A stretch of DNA of 64,000 nt. Source: Macrostomum hystrix (taxonomy: Eukaryota; Animalia; Platyhelminthes). Below are positions 39,830-51,561 of this stretch, in pieces. Below the pieces are notes generated by a model. The model did not search any database, was not told where the DNA came from, and saw nothing but the letters and a program-made list of their open reading frames with translations. A program made the translations under genes and the position numbers. Location: assembly GCA_950097015.1 (NCBI GenBank), contig CATNEN010000024.1:4588001-4652000 (forward strand). The letters run 5' to 3'. Each line of letters opens with the position of its first letter. Position 1 is the stretch's first letter.

Positions 39830-39886
39830 CTGTTCTCATCTGATCCTGGCAGTTTTCAGTTCGGCTTCAAGTTCCGCTAAGCGATC
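39830..39886 (-). other. Probable upstream exon of the coiled-coil gene carrying an in-frame TGA
   Basis: cag|gatcgc...gaacag|gtgagt, 57 nt, phase 0/0, DRLAELEAELKTARIR*EQ; in phase with the next exon at 37054. Confidence 0.55.
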
Positions 39887-40481
39887 CTGTCTATATATTT
39901 TAAAGTTGTTATCTCTATTAGAGAAATTTTGCTTATGGTCTACTTATAGTAGAGTAGTCAGTTTTTATTCAGGCTAAGCATCGGCCTTATAAGAATTAGA
40001 TTTTTAAGCTCTGAACTTGCACACTAAGCCCCCCTTGGGGGGCACTACTGTTGAGACAAAAATATTGTGTAATGCAGAAAGACAAAACACACCTGAAAGT
40101 AAACAAAAACGAAAACTCATTTCGTCCGTATTAATTTCAGTGATTGCGAATATACGTGATTGCGATTCAACGAGAATTTGAATCCTCACTAAATACAGAA
40201 ATAGTCGGAGCTTGAATACATTCTGAGACATCCGGTCTGTACACCAGGAGCACCATTGGGGCAGATTTACAAAAGTCACTTTCGTTTGATACTACTCAGC
40301 TTAGTGCTACTAAAGTACATGCGAATACTATCCCCTCAGCAGAGCAGTAGAGAACCAATGTGATGTGGACTTACAACTCGTACTAACTGCGATTACTTTT
40401 TGTTGTGCTCGTGTGAAGTGTCTAGGGGTAAAACCTCCTATCACATTACTGTAGTAAAGAGAGCCCGCAAGCCAGCGGCCT

Positions 40482-40844
40482 ATGCTGCATGCTGCATGGT
40501 ATACCAAGCGTCCACTTGGTAAGAACACCCTGTCGACCATGGTGAAACGTCTGTGTGAGGAGTCCGGCATTCAGGCTAACAAACGCAATCACAGCCTGCG
40601 AGCGTCTTGTGCCACGAGACTGTACCGCACTGGAGTCGATGAGCAACTTATCATGGAGACCACTGGTCACAGAAGCATCGTCGGCGTGAGTCAGTACAAA
40701 CGAACAAGTGATATACAACTTCAGGACTGCTCCGCAGTGATCGACGGTCGGCAGGTGCGGCGAGCAGCTCAAGAACAATCCGGCAGTGGAGAAGTCTCAA
40801 TTCAATTTCATCTGACGAACTGCAGTGTGGTGATCAATAATTAG
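40482..40844 (+). mobile_element. Crypton-type (DUF3504/tyrosine recombinase) transposon fragment, C-terminal catalytic part
   Basis: WYTKRPLGKNTLSTMVKRLCEESGI..NHSLRASCATRLY..GVDEQLIMETTGHRS..GVSQYKR..FHLTNCSVVINN: HxxR, H and Y catalytic motifs and Crypton-like C-terminus. 5' part missing (in-frame TAA 8 codons upstream of the ATG). Downstream to about 41150: ataaagccc..gtgctttat and cgggca..tgcccg inverted motifs. Confidence 0.8.
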
Positions 40845-41273
40845 GCAGAAAAAATGATTTCAGCTACTCCATATAGTTGTTTCTCACAGTTGACATACCC
40901 TTTGCTATTTCGTTTTTCTAATATGTGTACTTTTGTCTGGTATAGCGTCAGCTAAAATTCCGAGCACTATTTCAGTGCCATAGACGTTAAACACGAAATA
41001 TAAAGCCCGCAGCTTCATAGAACGCTTGCAGTTGTGAGCACTGTGAGGCTCCACCATACTCTATCTTCTACATAGAGTATCCTAGGATTCCTTTCGGCTC
41101 TCGGGCATTAAAAAATAGTGCCCGGAAAACGTGCTTTATCTTCTACATCTTCTACATATAACGAAGCAAACGAATGAGAAGCACGAGCAAGGTTGACGAC
41201 AAGGTCACACCTGCCTACGAATTATTCATACGAATACAACTGCTCGTCTTTCTCCCTGCCTTCCAACACATCA

Positions 41274-42050
41274 CAATGTCCCCTCAGCAGCAGAGAACTA
41301 ATGTCCCCTCAGCAGCAGAGAACCAATGTCCCCTCAGCAGCAGAGAACTAATGTCCCCTCAGCAGCAGAGAACCAATGTCCCCTCAGCAGCAGAGAACCA
41401 ATGTCCCCTCAGCAGCAGAGAACCAATGTCCCCTCAGCAGCAGAGAACCAATGTCCGCTCAGCAGCAGAGAACCAATGTCCCCTCAGCAGCAGAGAACCA
41501 ATGTCCCCTCAGCAGCAGAGAACCAATGTCCCCTCAGCAGCAGAGAACCAATGTCCCCTCAGCAGCAGAGAACCAATGTCCCCTCAGCAGCAGAGAACCA
41601 ATGTCCCCTCAGCAGCAGAGAACCAATGTCCCCTCAGCAGCAGAGAACCAATGTCCCCTCAGCAGCAGAGAACCAATGTCCCCTCAGCAGCAGAGAACCA
41701 ATGTCCCTTCAGCAGCAGAGAACCAATGTCCCCTCAGCAGCAGAGAACCAATGTCCCCTCAGCAGCAGAGAACCAATGTCCCCTCAGCAGCAGAGAACCA
41801 ATGTCCCCTCAGCAGCAGAGAACCAATGTCCCCTCAGCAGCAGAGAACCAATGTCCCTTCAGCAGCAGAGAACCAATGTCCCCTCAGCAGCAGAGAACCA
41901 ATGTCCCCTCAGCAGCAGAGAACCAATGTCCCCTCAGCAGCAGAGAACCAATGTCCCCTCAACAGCAGAGAACCAATGTCCCCTCAGCAGCAGAGAACCA
42001 ATGTTCCCTCAGCAGCAGAGAACTACTGTCCCCTCAGCAGCAGAGAACCA
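41274..42050. repeat. 25-bp minisatellite (atgtcccctcagcagcagagaacca)
   Basis: About 31 copies. Confidence 0.95.
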
Positions 42051-42051
42051 G

Positions 42052-43062
42052 GCATGAACTATCGAGTGAAAAGCATGAATTATCAAGTGAAAAGTATGAA
42101 TCATCGAGTGAAAAGCATGAATCATCGAGTGAAAAGGATGAATTATCAAGTGAAAAGCATGAATCATCGAGTGAAAAGCATGAATTATCAAGTGAAAAGC
42201 ATGAATTATCGAGTGAAAAGCATGAATTATCAAGTTAAAAGCATGAATCATCGAGTGAAAAGCATGAATTATCAAGTGAAAAGCATGAATCATCAAGTGA
42301 AAAGCATGAATTATCGAGTGAAAAGCATGAATCATCGAGTGAAAAGCATGAATTATCAAGTGAAAAGCATGAATCATCGAGTGAAAAGCATGAATTATCG
42401 AGGTAGTAGCATGAATTATCGAGGTAGTAGCATGAATTATCGAGGTAGTTGCATGAATTATCGAGGTAGTAGCATGAATTATCGAGGTAGTAGCATGAAT
42501 TATCGAGGCAGTAGCATGAATTATCGAGGTAGTAGCATGAATTATCGAGGTAGTAGCATGAATTATCGAGGTAGTAGCATGAATTATCGAGGTAGTAGCA
42601 TGAATTATCGAGGTAGTAGCACGAATTATCGAGGTAGTAGCATGAATTATCGAGGTAGTTGCATGAATTATCGAGGTAGTAGCATGAATTATCGAGGTAG
42701 TAGCATGAATTATCGAGGCAGTAGCATGAATTATCGAGGTAGTAGCATGAATTATCGAGGTAGTAGCATGAATTATCGAGGTAGTAGCATGAATTATCGA
42801 GGTAGTAGCACGAATTATCGAGGTAGTAGCATGAATTATCGAGGTAGTAGCATGAATTATCGAGGTAGTAGCACGAATTATCGAGGTAGTAGCATGAATT
42901 ATCGAGGTAGTAGCATGAATTATCGAGGTAGTAGCACGAATTATTGAGGTAGTAGCACGAATTATCGAGGTAGTAGCACGAATTATCGAGGTAGTAGCAC
43001 GAATTATCGAGGTAGTAGCACGAATTATCGAGGTAGTAGCACGAATTATCGAGGTAGTAGCA
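42052..43062. repeat. Two adjacent 21-bp arrays sharing the core gcatgaattatcgag (tails tgaaaa then gtagta)
   Basis: Unit switch at about 42400. Confidence 0.95.
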
Positions 43063-43457
43063 TATATTTTCGAGGGGACGGAAAGGCTTTTGAGAAAGCA
43101 GCATTTTTTGAGGGGGTAGCAAAACTTATCCAGGGAAAGCGTGAATTGTCGAGGAGTAGCGAAATTTAAGAATGGGGTAGCATGATTCATTGAAGGCGTA
43201 GCATTTGAGGTGGTGCCGACTGAAAAGAAAGAGCTAGCTAATTTTGTTCTTTTTCATCAGTAATTAAAAGCTTTGAAACAATTCCTGTCGGAAATTCTCG
43301 CGGCTAAAAACCGACAATAGCGCATGCCCTGTTTGTTTGTCTTCTCCGACACGCGAGAGAAGTGAGAAGAGAGTGCTGAGTAGAGCTGGCACAAGTCCCA
43401 GACAGGTTTGCCAGTTTCCAAAAATATTTGCTTTAAGAATGAATGACTGGGTTGCTC

Positions 43458-43980
43458 AGTCTCAGCCTACTCATGTAAACAGGCTCAGCCTACTCATGTA
43501 AACAGTCTCAGCCTACTCATGTAAACAGTCTCAGCCTACTCATGTAAACAGTCTCAGCCTACTCATGTAAACAGTCTCAGCCTACTCATGTAAACAGTCT
43601 CAGCCTACTCATGTAAACAGTCTCAGCCTACTCATGTAAACAGTCTCAGCCTACTCATGTAAACAGTCTCAGCCTACTCATGTAAACAGTCTCAGCCTAC
43701 TCATGTAAACAGTCTCAGCCTACTCATGTAAACAGTCTCAGCCTACTCATGTAAACAGTCTCAGCCTACTCATGTAAACAGTCTCAGCCTACTCATGTAA
43801 ACAGTCTCAGCCTACTCATGTAAACAGTCTCAGCCTACTCATGTAAACAGTCTCAGCCTACTCATGTAAACAGTCTCAGCCTACTCATGTAAACAGTCTC
43901 AGCCTACTCATGTATACATTCTCAGCCTACTCATGTAAACAGTCTCAGCCTACTCATGTAAACAGTCTCAGCCTACTCAA
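43458..43980. repeat. 23-bp minisatellite (ctcagcctactcatgtaaacagt)
   Basis: About 22 copies. Confidence 0.95.
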
Positions 43981-44214
43981 TATGATTCACAGCCTACTTA
44001 AATAAAGAGCCTTAGCCTACTTAAGCAAAGTGTCTCAGCCTACTCAAATGTAATTCACTGCCAACGGAAACCAACAGTCCAAACCTACTCAATGGGCTGT
44101 GGAACCGAGCTCAGGGAACTTGGTGCAAGAGGCACTCTGCAACTCACCCCTGATCTGTAACAATGCCATCCCTTTCTCAATTCTGTCATCTCTGATACCA
44201 AAACCTAAAAACTT

Positions 44215-45495
44215 TAATCCCTAATCCCAAACACAGTCATCCATAATTCCTAACACTTTCATCCCTAATTCCAAACAATGTCATCCCTAATCCCAAACAC
44301 TGTCATCCCTAATCCCAAACAATGTCATCCCTGATCCCAAACACTGTCATCCCTAATTCCAAACAATGTCATCCCTAATTCCAAACAATGTCATCCCTAA
44401 TCCCAAACAATGTCATCCCTGATCCCAAACACTGTCATCCCTGATCCCAAACACTGTCATCCATAATTCCAAACAATGTCGACCCTGATCCTAAAACACT
44501 GTCATCCCTAATCCCAAACAATGTCATCCCTAATCCCAAACAATGTCATCCCTGATCCCAAACACTGTCATCCATAATTCCAAACAATGTCGACCCTGAT
44601 CCTAAAACACTGTCATCCCTAATCCCAAACAATGTCATCCCTAATCCCAAACAATGTCATCCCTGATCCCAAACACTGTCATCCCTAATTCCAAACAATG
44701 TCGTCCTTGATCCTATACACTTTCATCCCTAATTCCAAACAATGTCATCCCTAATCCCAAAAAATTTCATCCCTAATCCCAAACAATGTCATTCCCGGTT
44801 TCCAAATAATGTCATCCCTGATCCCAAACACTGTCATCCCTAATTCCAAACAATGTCATCCCTGATCCCAAACACTGTCATCCCTAATTCCAAACAATGT
44901 CATCCCTGATCCCAAACACTGTCATCCCTAATTCCAAACAATGTCGTCCCTGATCCCAAACACTGTCATCCCTAATTCCAAACAATGTCATCCCTGATCC
45001 CAAACACTGTCATCCCTAATTCCAAACAATGTCGTCCCTGATCCCAAACACTGTCATCCCTAATTCCAAACAATGTCATCCCTGATCCCAAACACTGTCA
45101 TCCCTGATCCCAAACAATGTCATCCCTGATCCCAAACACTGTCATCCCTGATTCCAAACAATTTCGTCCCTGATCCCAAACACTGTCATCCCTAATTCCA
45201 AACAATGTCATCCCTGATCCCAAACACTGTCATCCCTAATTCCAAACAATGTCATCCCTAATCCCAAACACTGTCATCCCTAATTCAAAACGCTGTCATC
45301 CCTAATCCTAAACACTGTTATCCCTAATTCCAAACAATGTCATCCCTAATTCAAAACGCTGTCATCCCTAATCCTAAACACTGTTATCCCTAATTCCAAA
45401 CAATGTCATCCCTAATTCAAAACGCTGTCATCCCTAATCCTAAACACTGTCATCCCTGATTCCAAACAATTTCGTCCCTGATCCCAAACACTGGG
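44215..45495. repeat. 22-bp minisatellite (catccctaatcccaaacactgt and variants)
   Basis: About 58 variant copies. Confidence 0.93.
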
Positions 45496-46343
45496 ATCCT
45501 CATATTTGGCATCTTTTGGTGAATATGCATATGAACGGTGGTATATGCATATATTTTTAAAGGGTTCAGTGTGTCCTTTGGTGTTGTACATGATGCGAAT
45601 GGTCTAATTGAGAATCCTGACTTTATCCAATTAGGAAGCCGGGCAGGTTTCATTCCTGATGAGGATGATGGCAGTGTTAATTAGGAAGGTTAAAAAACAA
45701 AACAAGAATCATGTGAAGGATCATGTGGTAACCCAAAATATGTTATAATTACTCTGAGAGATGCCAACGTGAGATATTCACATGGAGCTGTTAGATCAAT
45801 ACAACATGAAATCAGTGATAATCTTTGCCCTGCAATGCCGCAAAATGGAAATCTAATCAAAATAAGGCTCCGCTGCGCAGCGGGTCGCTTGCTGACGCAG
45901 CAATTCTGTGCCTTTTTGCCCTCTCTTCTTTCCCTTTCTCCCTACATTTTTCGGAGTTGGGATCGCCTTCCCCTCCTCGCTGCTCGCGCTTTCGCTTTCT
46001 CTTTCACCTTCCATTCGCTTTGCCTTTGCTTTGCTACTTTGAGGGGCTGTAGGTTAATGCTTTTTTACTACATTCTGGCCTAGCCTGCTAATATGCAATC
46101 ACAAGGACTGAAAAAAGTACTTCAGCACTTAATGGATTGTTCGTCACGACTTCAGCAGAAACCGAACCGCCAAGTCCATGCGAAGGCATCACGTGCTCCA
46201 GCGATCACCCCATACTTAACAGAAAGAATTTAACACGGTCCGTTCAGACACGGATTGTCCTGACGGCCTCACACTCTGCACAAACTACTTCAAAGCAATA
46301 ATTCTACACAGAAAACTTTCAAACTAAATCACTGTGCTATGAA

Positions 46344-47856
46344 ATGAAATCCTTCAGTGTGCAAGTTGTGGAAACTGCAGCGCTGGCTCTGCTGCTCTGC
46401 TCGCTGGCAGCTGGCCAGGTCTCCCAGTGCGCAGCCACAGGCCCAACGCAGCTCCGCTTCGTGGCCCAGCTCAATGTGAACGGCTGCGTGTTGTTCGTGC
46501 ACGACACGGGAGCGAGCGACGGTCCGCACTTTGCCATCGAGCCGGTCATGTGCGTGACGAAGAGGCCTAAGTCTCTAGTTACATCTACGCCACTGGCAGG
46601 AATTACTATCATTCACTTAGTATCTGCTGCTGCTGATGGATGATGAAATGCTCGCAGCAGCTAAGCGCCAGCTGGAGCATCTGTCACCGAGGTCCGTGAG
46701 CTTCCCGGTGATTCCAGAATTGTTTTCCAAGTATCCAAGCATTCCAAGTCTTCAAGTTTTCCAAGCATCCATGGAAACTAACAGCACATTTAAAGCTTCA
46801 TTTCATGGCTATGACGAGGAGTACTTTCATGGCTATGATTTTCGGAGGCTTCTGGGATTCGTCAATATTGAGGATTGGAGTTCCGATCGCAATTACTCAG
46901 TAGCAAGCTCCATATTGTAAGTTGCCAGTAATAATCTCGCGCAGCTAGGAATATAATAGAGTTCGATTTGAATAGAAATTGGAGCTCGCGTCATTTTCCG
47001 CAGATCAGAAATTCAATCAGATCCATCGGTGGTGTTAAACGATCTGATGCTGACCGTACCTTTTCGTGGGGATGCTGACACCTGCTATCAACGTAGCTAC
47101 CGCCCGATGCTGCAGAACCAGACCTTTGATCTCGAAGTGGTGAGAAAGAATTACTACCTCCCGGCATGTCAGGAGATAGTATTCATCCGCTCGATCAACG
47201 TCGCGAACTGCACTGCTCAAGTGCACCAGAGGCTCGACATTGAGGGCCACTTCCTCATCGAGCCTCTGCTCTGCCACAACATCAGCAGCTTGAGCAGCGA
47301 GTCAATCATGCATGACTACAGCCGTAGCATGTCCTACCTCAAGCTGGATGTAGTGCTGCAAGATGAGGTCACACTGGAAGCTGTGAGGTCTCAGCTGGCT
47401 GATCTGTCTCCTCAGCAGGTCACCTTCATGAAACTGTGGAGTGCTCAGAGCAGTGTGAGCTCGGCCTTGAGTTCTCGCTTCTCAATCGGTCCGCTGAGGG
47501 TGTCGGCAGACTGGAAGACTGCTCAGCTGCAGTTGTTCTGCAGATTCGAGAAACAATGCCATGGGCTGAGGTCAGTGGAAATAGTTACTCAATAAGTTTA
47601 AAGATCGCTTATAAAAAGTAATATTTCCCGTTTTCTATCAGGTCGGAAATAATTTTCGAGCCAGTCAACTTGTTCCGCCATATTGGGTGGCAGGTGACAT
47701 CGATAGCGAGACAGCTGTGCCTTGTCGAGTCGAACGAGCCGCGGTTTCTGTGGCGAATGAGACAAACTGGAGCAGCTCATCAGGGACATATGTGATGGCG
47801 TAAAATTTAACTTCTCCACTGCAGCCAGTGGCAACTTAATTTCCATTGTGCTGTGA
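46344..47856 (+). pseudogene. Secreted protein with two tandem copies of an unrecognised domain; frameshifted (pseudogene or sequence error)
   Basis: Signal peptide MKSFSVQVVETAALALLLCSLAAG; introns 46917-47003 (gtaagt..ttttccgcag) and 47571-47641 (gtcagt..ttttctatcag), both phase 2; internal repeat LRFVAQLNVNGCVLFVH..HFAIEPVMC..DDEMLAAAKRQLEHLSPRSVSF versus IVFIRSINVANCTAQVH..HFLIEPLLC..DEVTLEAVRSQLADLSPQQVTF; frameshift at about 46623 and probably a second lesion near 47745. Confidence 0.7.
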
Positions 47857-48192
47857 GAATATATTTCCTGTCTTATCTGAAACAATAACAGTTAGAATAT
47901 ACAGGAGGAAATTACTCCATTATCACCTTGCTGAATGCACAATTCAACTATTGGTTAATCAGTAAATACGTTATATTCACTATATCTATAGACTTGAGTA
48001 TAGACTTGAGCAAAGTTAATTTCGCAAGAAAATTTTAATTAATCTAGCAAAATCCTCGCTAGCAAAGTTCGTCTAGCAGATTTCCTGCTAGCAAATCTCG
48101 TACTGCCAATAAAACACAACGAAAAAAAATTCATAATGCATTAAAAAATAGTCTAGAAAGCTACAGTCCCTGTCACTCAGTACCTAACTTGG

Positions 48193-48398
48193 CTACCAGG
48201 ACGCTCTGAAGTAGTCAGGTCGCCGCTGCCTTCCTGAGCGACGGGGCCCTTCCAGGCACTCGGCAGCCGGGGGCTCGCACAGCCACTCCCAGGTGCCAGG
48301 GCCGTCCAGCTCCGGGTCGTGGCTCACGTCAGCGGCTGCTTGCTGGGCCGCCGGCTGCGTCTTGCAGATTCTGCTGATTGCAGATTCGCTCGAACCAC
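48193..48398 (-). CDS. Orphan candidate terminal exon (phase 1), product unknown
   Basis: Acceptor gcattcag|gt; only one frame is open (GGSSESAISRICK..GTWEWLCEPPAAECLEGPRRSGRQRRPDYFRASW*); GC-rich island; upstream partner not found. Confidence 0.3.
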
Positions 48399-48639
48399 CT
48401 GAATGCTTTCCTCTCAATAATTCATGCTACCACTTTGTTATATCATGCTATCCCTGGACACATCTTGCTAACCACTTAATTTATGCTTTTCCCACGTTAA
48501 TTTATGCTTCCCCCTCTATAATTTATTCTATCCTCTCGACAAATCATGCAATTTTGTCGATTATTCACGCTTCCCATCGACAACTCATGCTTCGCTCTTG
48601 ATAATTCATGATTTTCTCCTCACTACATCTTGCTTCGCC

Positions 48640-49710
48640 TGTATAATTCATAGTTTCCTCCGTTAATTCATAGTTTCCTCCGTTAATTCATAGTTTCCTC
48701 CGTTAATTTATAGTTTCCTCCGTTAATTCATAGTTTCCTCCGTTAATTCATAGTTTCCTCCGTTAATTCATAGTTTCCTCCGTTAATTCATATTTTCCTC
48801 CGTTAATTCATAGTTTCCTCCGTTAATACATAGTTTCCTCCGTTAATTTATAGTTTCCTCCGTTAATTTATAGTTTCCTCCGTTAATTCATAGTTTCCTC
48901 CGTTAATTCATAGTTTCCTCCGTTAATTCATAGTTTCCTCCTTTAATTCATAGTTTCCTCCGTTAATTCATAGTTTCCTCCGTTAATTCATAGTTTCATC
49001 CGTTAATTCATAGTTTCCTCCGTTAATTCATAGTTTCCTCCGTTAATTCATAGTTTCCTCCGTTAATTCATAGTTTCCTCCGTTAATTCATAGTTTCCTC
49101 CGTTAATTCATTGTTTCCTCCGTTAATTCATAGTTTCCTCCGTTAATTCATAGTTTCCTCAGTTAATTCATAGTTTCCTCCGTTAATTCATTGTTTCCTC
49201 CGTTAATTCATTGTTTCCTCCGTTAATTCATAGTTTCCTCCGTTAATTTATAGTTTCCTCCGTTAATTCATGTTTCCTCCGTTAATTCATGTTTCCATCT
49301 CGATAGTTTATGCCTAACCTGAATTATTTATTCTACCCCTCTATAATTTATGTTACCCCCATAAAAATGCATGCTTTTCGCTTGGTAATTTTGCTTGGCA
49401 ACTCCCTTGATTATTCATGCTGCCACTTCGATAATTCATGCTGCCACTTCGATAATTCATGCTGCCACTTCGATAATTCATATCTAATTCATAATTAATA
49501 ATTCATGAATTCATAATTCATAATTCATGAATTCATAATTCATAATTCATAGTTCATGAATTCATAATTCATAATTCATAATGAATGAATTCATAATTCA
49601 TAATTCGTAATTCATAATTCATGAATTCATAATTCATAATTCATAATTCATAATTCATGAATTCATAATTCATATCTAATTCGTCATAATTCATATTCAT
49701 AATTCATATC
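48640..49710. repeat. 20-bp array (cgttaattcatagtttcctc), then 21-bp gataattcatgctgccacttc and 7-bp aattcat repeats
   Basis: 48640-49290, 49410-49480, 49480-49710; reverse-complement relatives of 42052-43062. Confidence 0.9.
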
Positions 49711-49785
49711 CATGTGAAGCGCTTCAAAAAATATCTGATGGACCAGAAACTGCTGGACAACATCGAAACAATGCCGATCCGCGAG

Positions 49786-49850
49786 GGGCGAGTGGGTCAG
49801 CGGCTAACGTCGCTGCCTCGCACTCCAAAGGACGCTAGTTCGATTCACCC
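49786..49850 (+). mobile_element. tRNA-like SINE head related to family 1, with a different body
   Basis: ggggcgagtgggtcagcggctaacgtcg..ctagttcgattcaccc. Confidence 0.55.
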
Positions 49851-50918
49851 TTCAATTCACGATTAATTTCGGGACTTGTTGGGGGGGTTTGGACAGTAGC
49901 GACCGGCAGAGGTGCACCATATTTCGTGCAATCAAAGCTTGAAATAATAGCTTCGCTCCTACCTTCTGTGTGCCTGTTCTGCGTTGTGTGAGTTGTGTGC
50001 GTTGGCGCTGGGGCGTGAGGCCTTGCGGTGGGGGTGGCTGGGGGCGGGTGTACACCGCCGCACGCTTTCTGGACTTCCGTCAGCGCGATTGGATAAGTGT
50101 ACACTCATCACCCGGCCCCCCCTGAGGACTGATTTCATATCAGCCTTCCGCCCCGGCTTGGTCTGCTATGTGCGTGTGGGGCTGGGGTGGGGGACACTGC
50201 TGCCTATTCTGGGTGCCTCCTGCCCTCCCCAGCTGGTCTGTGCTGCTGTGTGTGGTGCCTGCTCAGGGGAGGCGGCGCGATGGGCGCAAAAGCGCCTAGT
50301 TCGCCGGTCTGGGGGCGTGCCGCTCCGTCGCTTGTGCGACAAGTGCCCCGGGCCCCCCTGCATATAGATAGATAGAATGCCGATCCGCTATCTTTGTGCC
50401 TATATGCGGCTGTGGTTTGTGTCACTGAAGACTCAGGACTATTCTATTTTGTTGAAATTGAACGCAAAAAGGTGTAACGGGTGTCCCAAAAAACTATAGT
50501 ATCATTAGTTATCTAAACTATAATTATATGATCGCTTCGCTCGCCTCGGACCATTAAACGCAGCCTCAGACTTTTTAACCAAAAAAACTGCAAATTGAGC
50601 AGCCACTATTTTATATGAAATTCGATTTGGTTTGGCGCCCATTATACGTTTAATGGGCCCCGTTTTCGGGACCATTATATGGCACACTGGTTCAAGACTT
50701 CGCATTTTCCAACCATAGACGATAGATTCGTGGCTCAGAATGCGCCCATTAAAAGTCCATTAACGACGAAATCGGATTTTATAAACTCTTCAATTCTAAA
50801 AATAGTAAATAGAAAACAGTTACTTAAAAACTAAAACAGTTACTAATAATTATGCATAACGCTCGATTGATAGTTCCCTTACTGATAATTGCTGTTTCTT
50901 CAATAAATGAAAATGAAA

Positions 50919-51140
50919 ATGTCAGGGTTCTCAATTCTCAGTGTGACGGGATGTCAGGGTTCTCAATTCTCAGTGTGACGGGATGTCAGGGTTCTCAATT
51001 CTCAGTGTGACGGGATGTCAGGGTTCTCAATTCTCAGTGTGACGGGATGTCAGGGTTCTCAATTCTCAGTGTGACGGGATGTCAGAGTTCTCAATTCTCA
51101 GTGTGACGGGATGTCAGAGTGCTCAATTTCCAGTGATGTC
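50919..51140. repeat. 32-bp minisatellite (tgtcagggttctcaattctcagtgtgacggga), about 7 copies
   Basis: Direct tandem units. Confidence 0.92.
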
Positions 51141-51147
51141 AGAGTGC

Positions 51148-51561
51148 TCAATTCCCCATGGGGATCCTGATCTGGGATTCCAGAATCTCAACGGAGTGAA
51201 TTGCTCGCAGCAGCTGTTCTGGTGTCGCTGGCAAAGCAAACGCGGACTGCTGCTGAATCCCTACGGATGTGGCTGTGGGAGCCGCTGACGTGCTTAACCG
51301 TCGCCTGTACTGCGGCTGATGTCGCTGACCTCCTTGGCCTCCAACGGACGGCAGGCGAGCTGTCGGCTCTTCTGCGGTGGCCGATAACGCCATCTTCGTC
51401 TTCAACCATTGTCCATCGTTGCTTCTGACGCACATCGCAGCTGCGACCGCCTCAGCCGTGACACTCTGCGAGCGTCGGGTTCGACCAAGACGGTTGCCAT
51501 TTGGCACTGACGTCAGATTCAATGGAATGGCCTCTTCAATGCAGGACATTGGCTTGTCCAT
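51148..51561 (-). CDS. Candidate coding exon/ORF, 137 aa, with a PLNLT (CtBP-type) motif
   Basis: aaaaATG start context; GC-rich, non-repetitive ORF MDKPMSCIEEAIPLNLTS..PEQLLRAIHSVEILES; no clear splice donor. Confidence 0.35.
   Translation of the reverse strand: MDKPMSCIEEAIPLNLTSVPNGNRLGRTRRSQSVTAEAVAAAMCVRSNDGQWLKTKMALSATAEEPTARLPSVGGQGGQRHQPQYRRRLSTSAAPTATSVGIQQQSAFALPATPEQLLRAIHSVEILESQIRIPMGN

Noticed and set aside
41174-43190. Long ORFs (354, 243, 523, 393, 295 aa)
   Set aside because: Translations of 25- and 21-bp arrays, open in several frames and on both strands.
48193-48260. RRSGRQRRPDY as a Gypsy integrase C-terminal motif
   Set aside because: No RT, RNase H, integrase core or LTRs nearby; the motif is too short.
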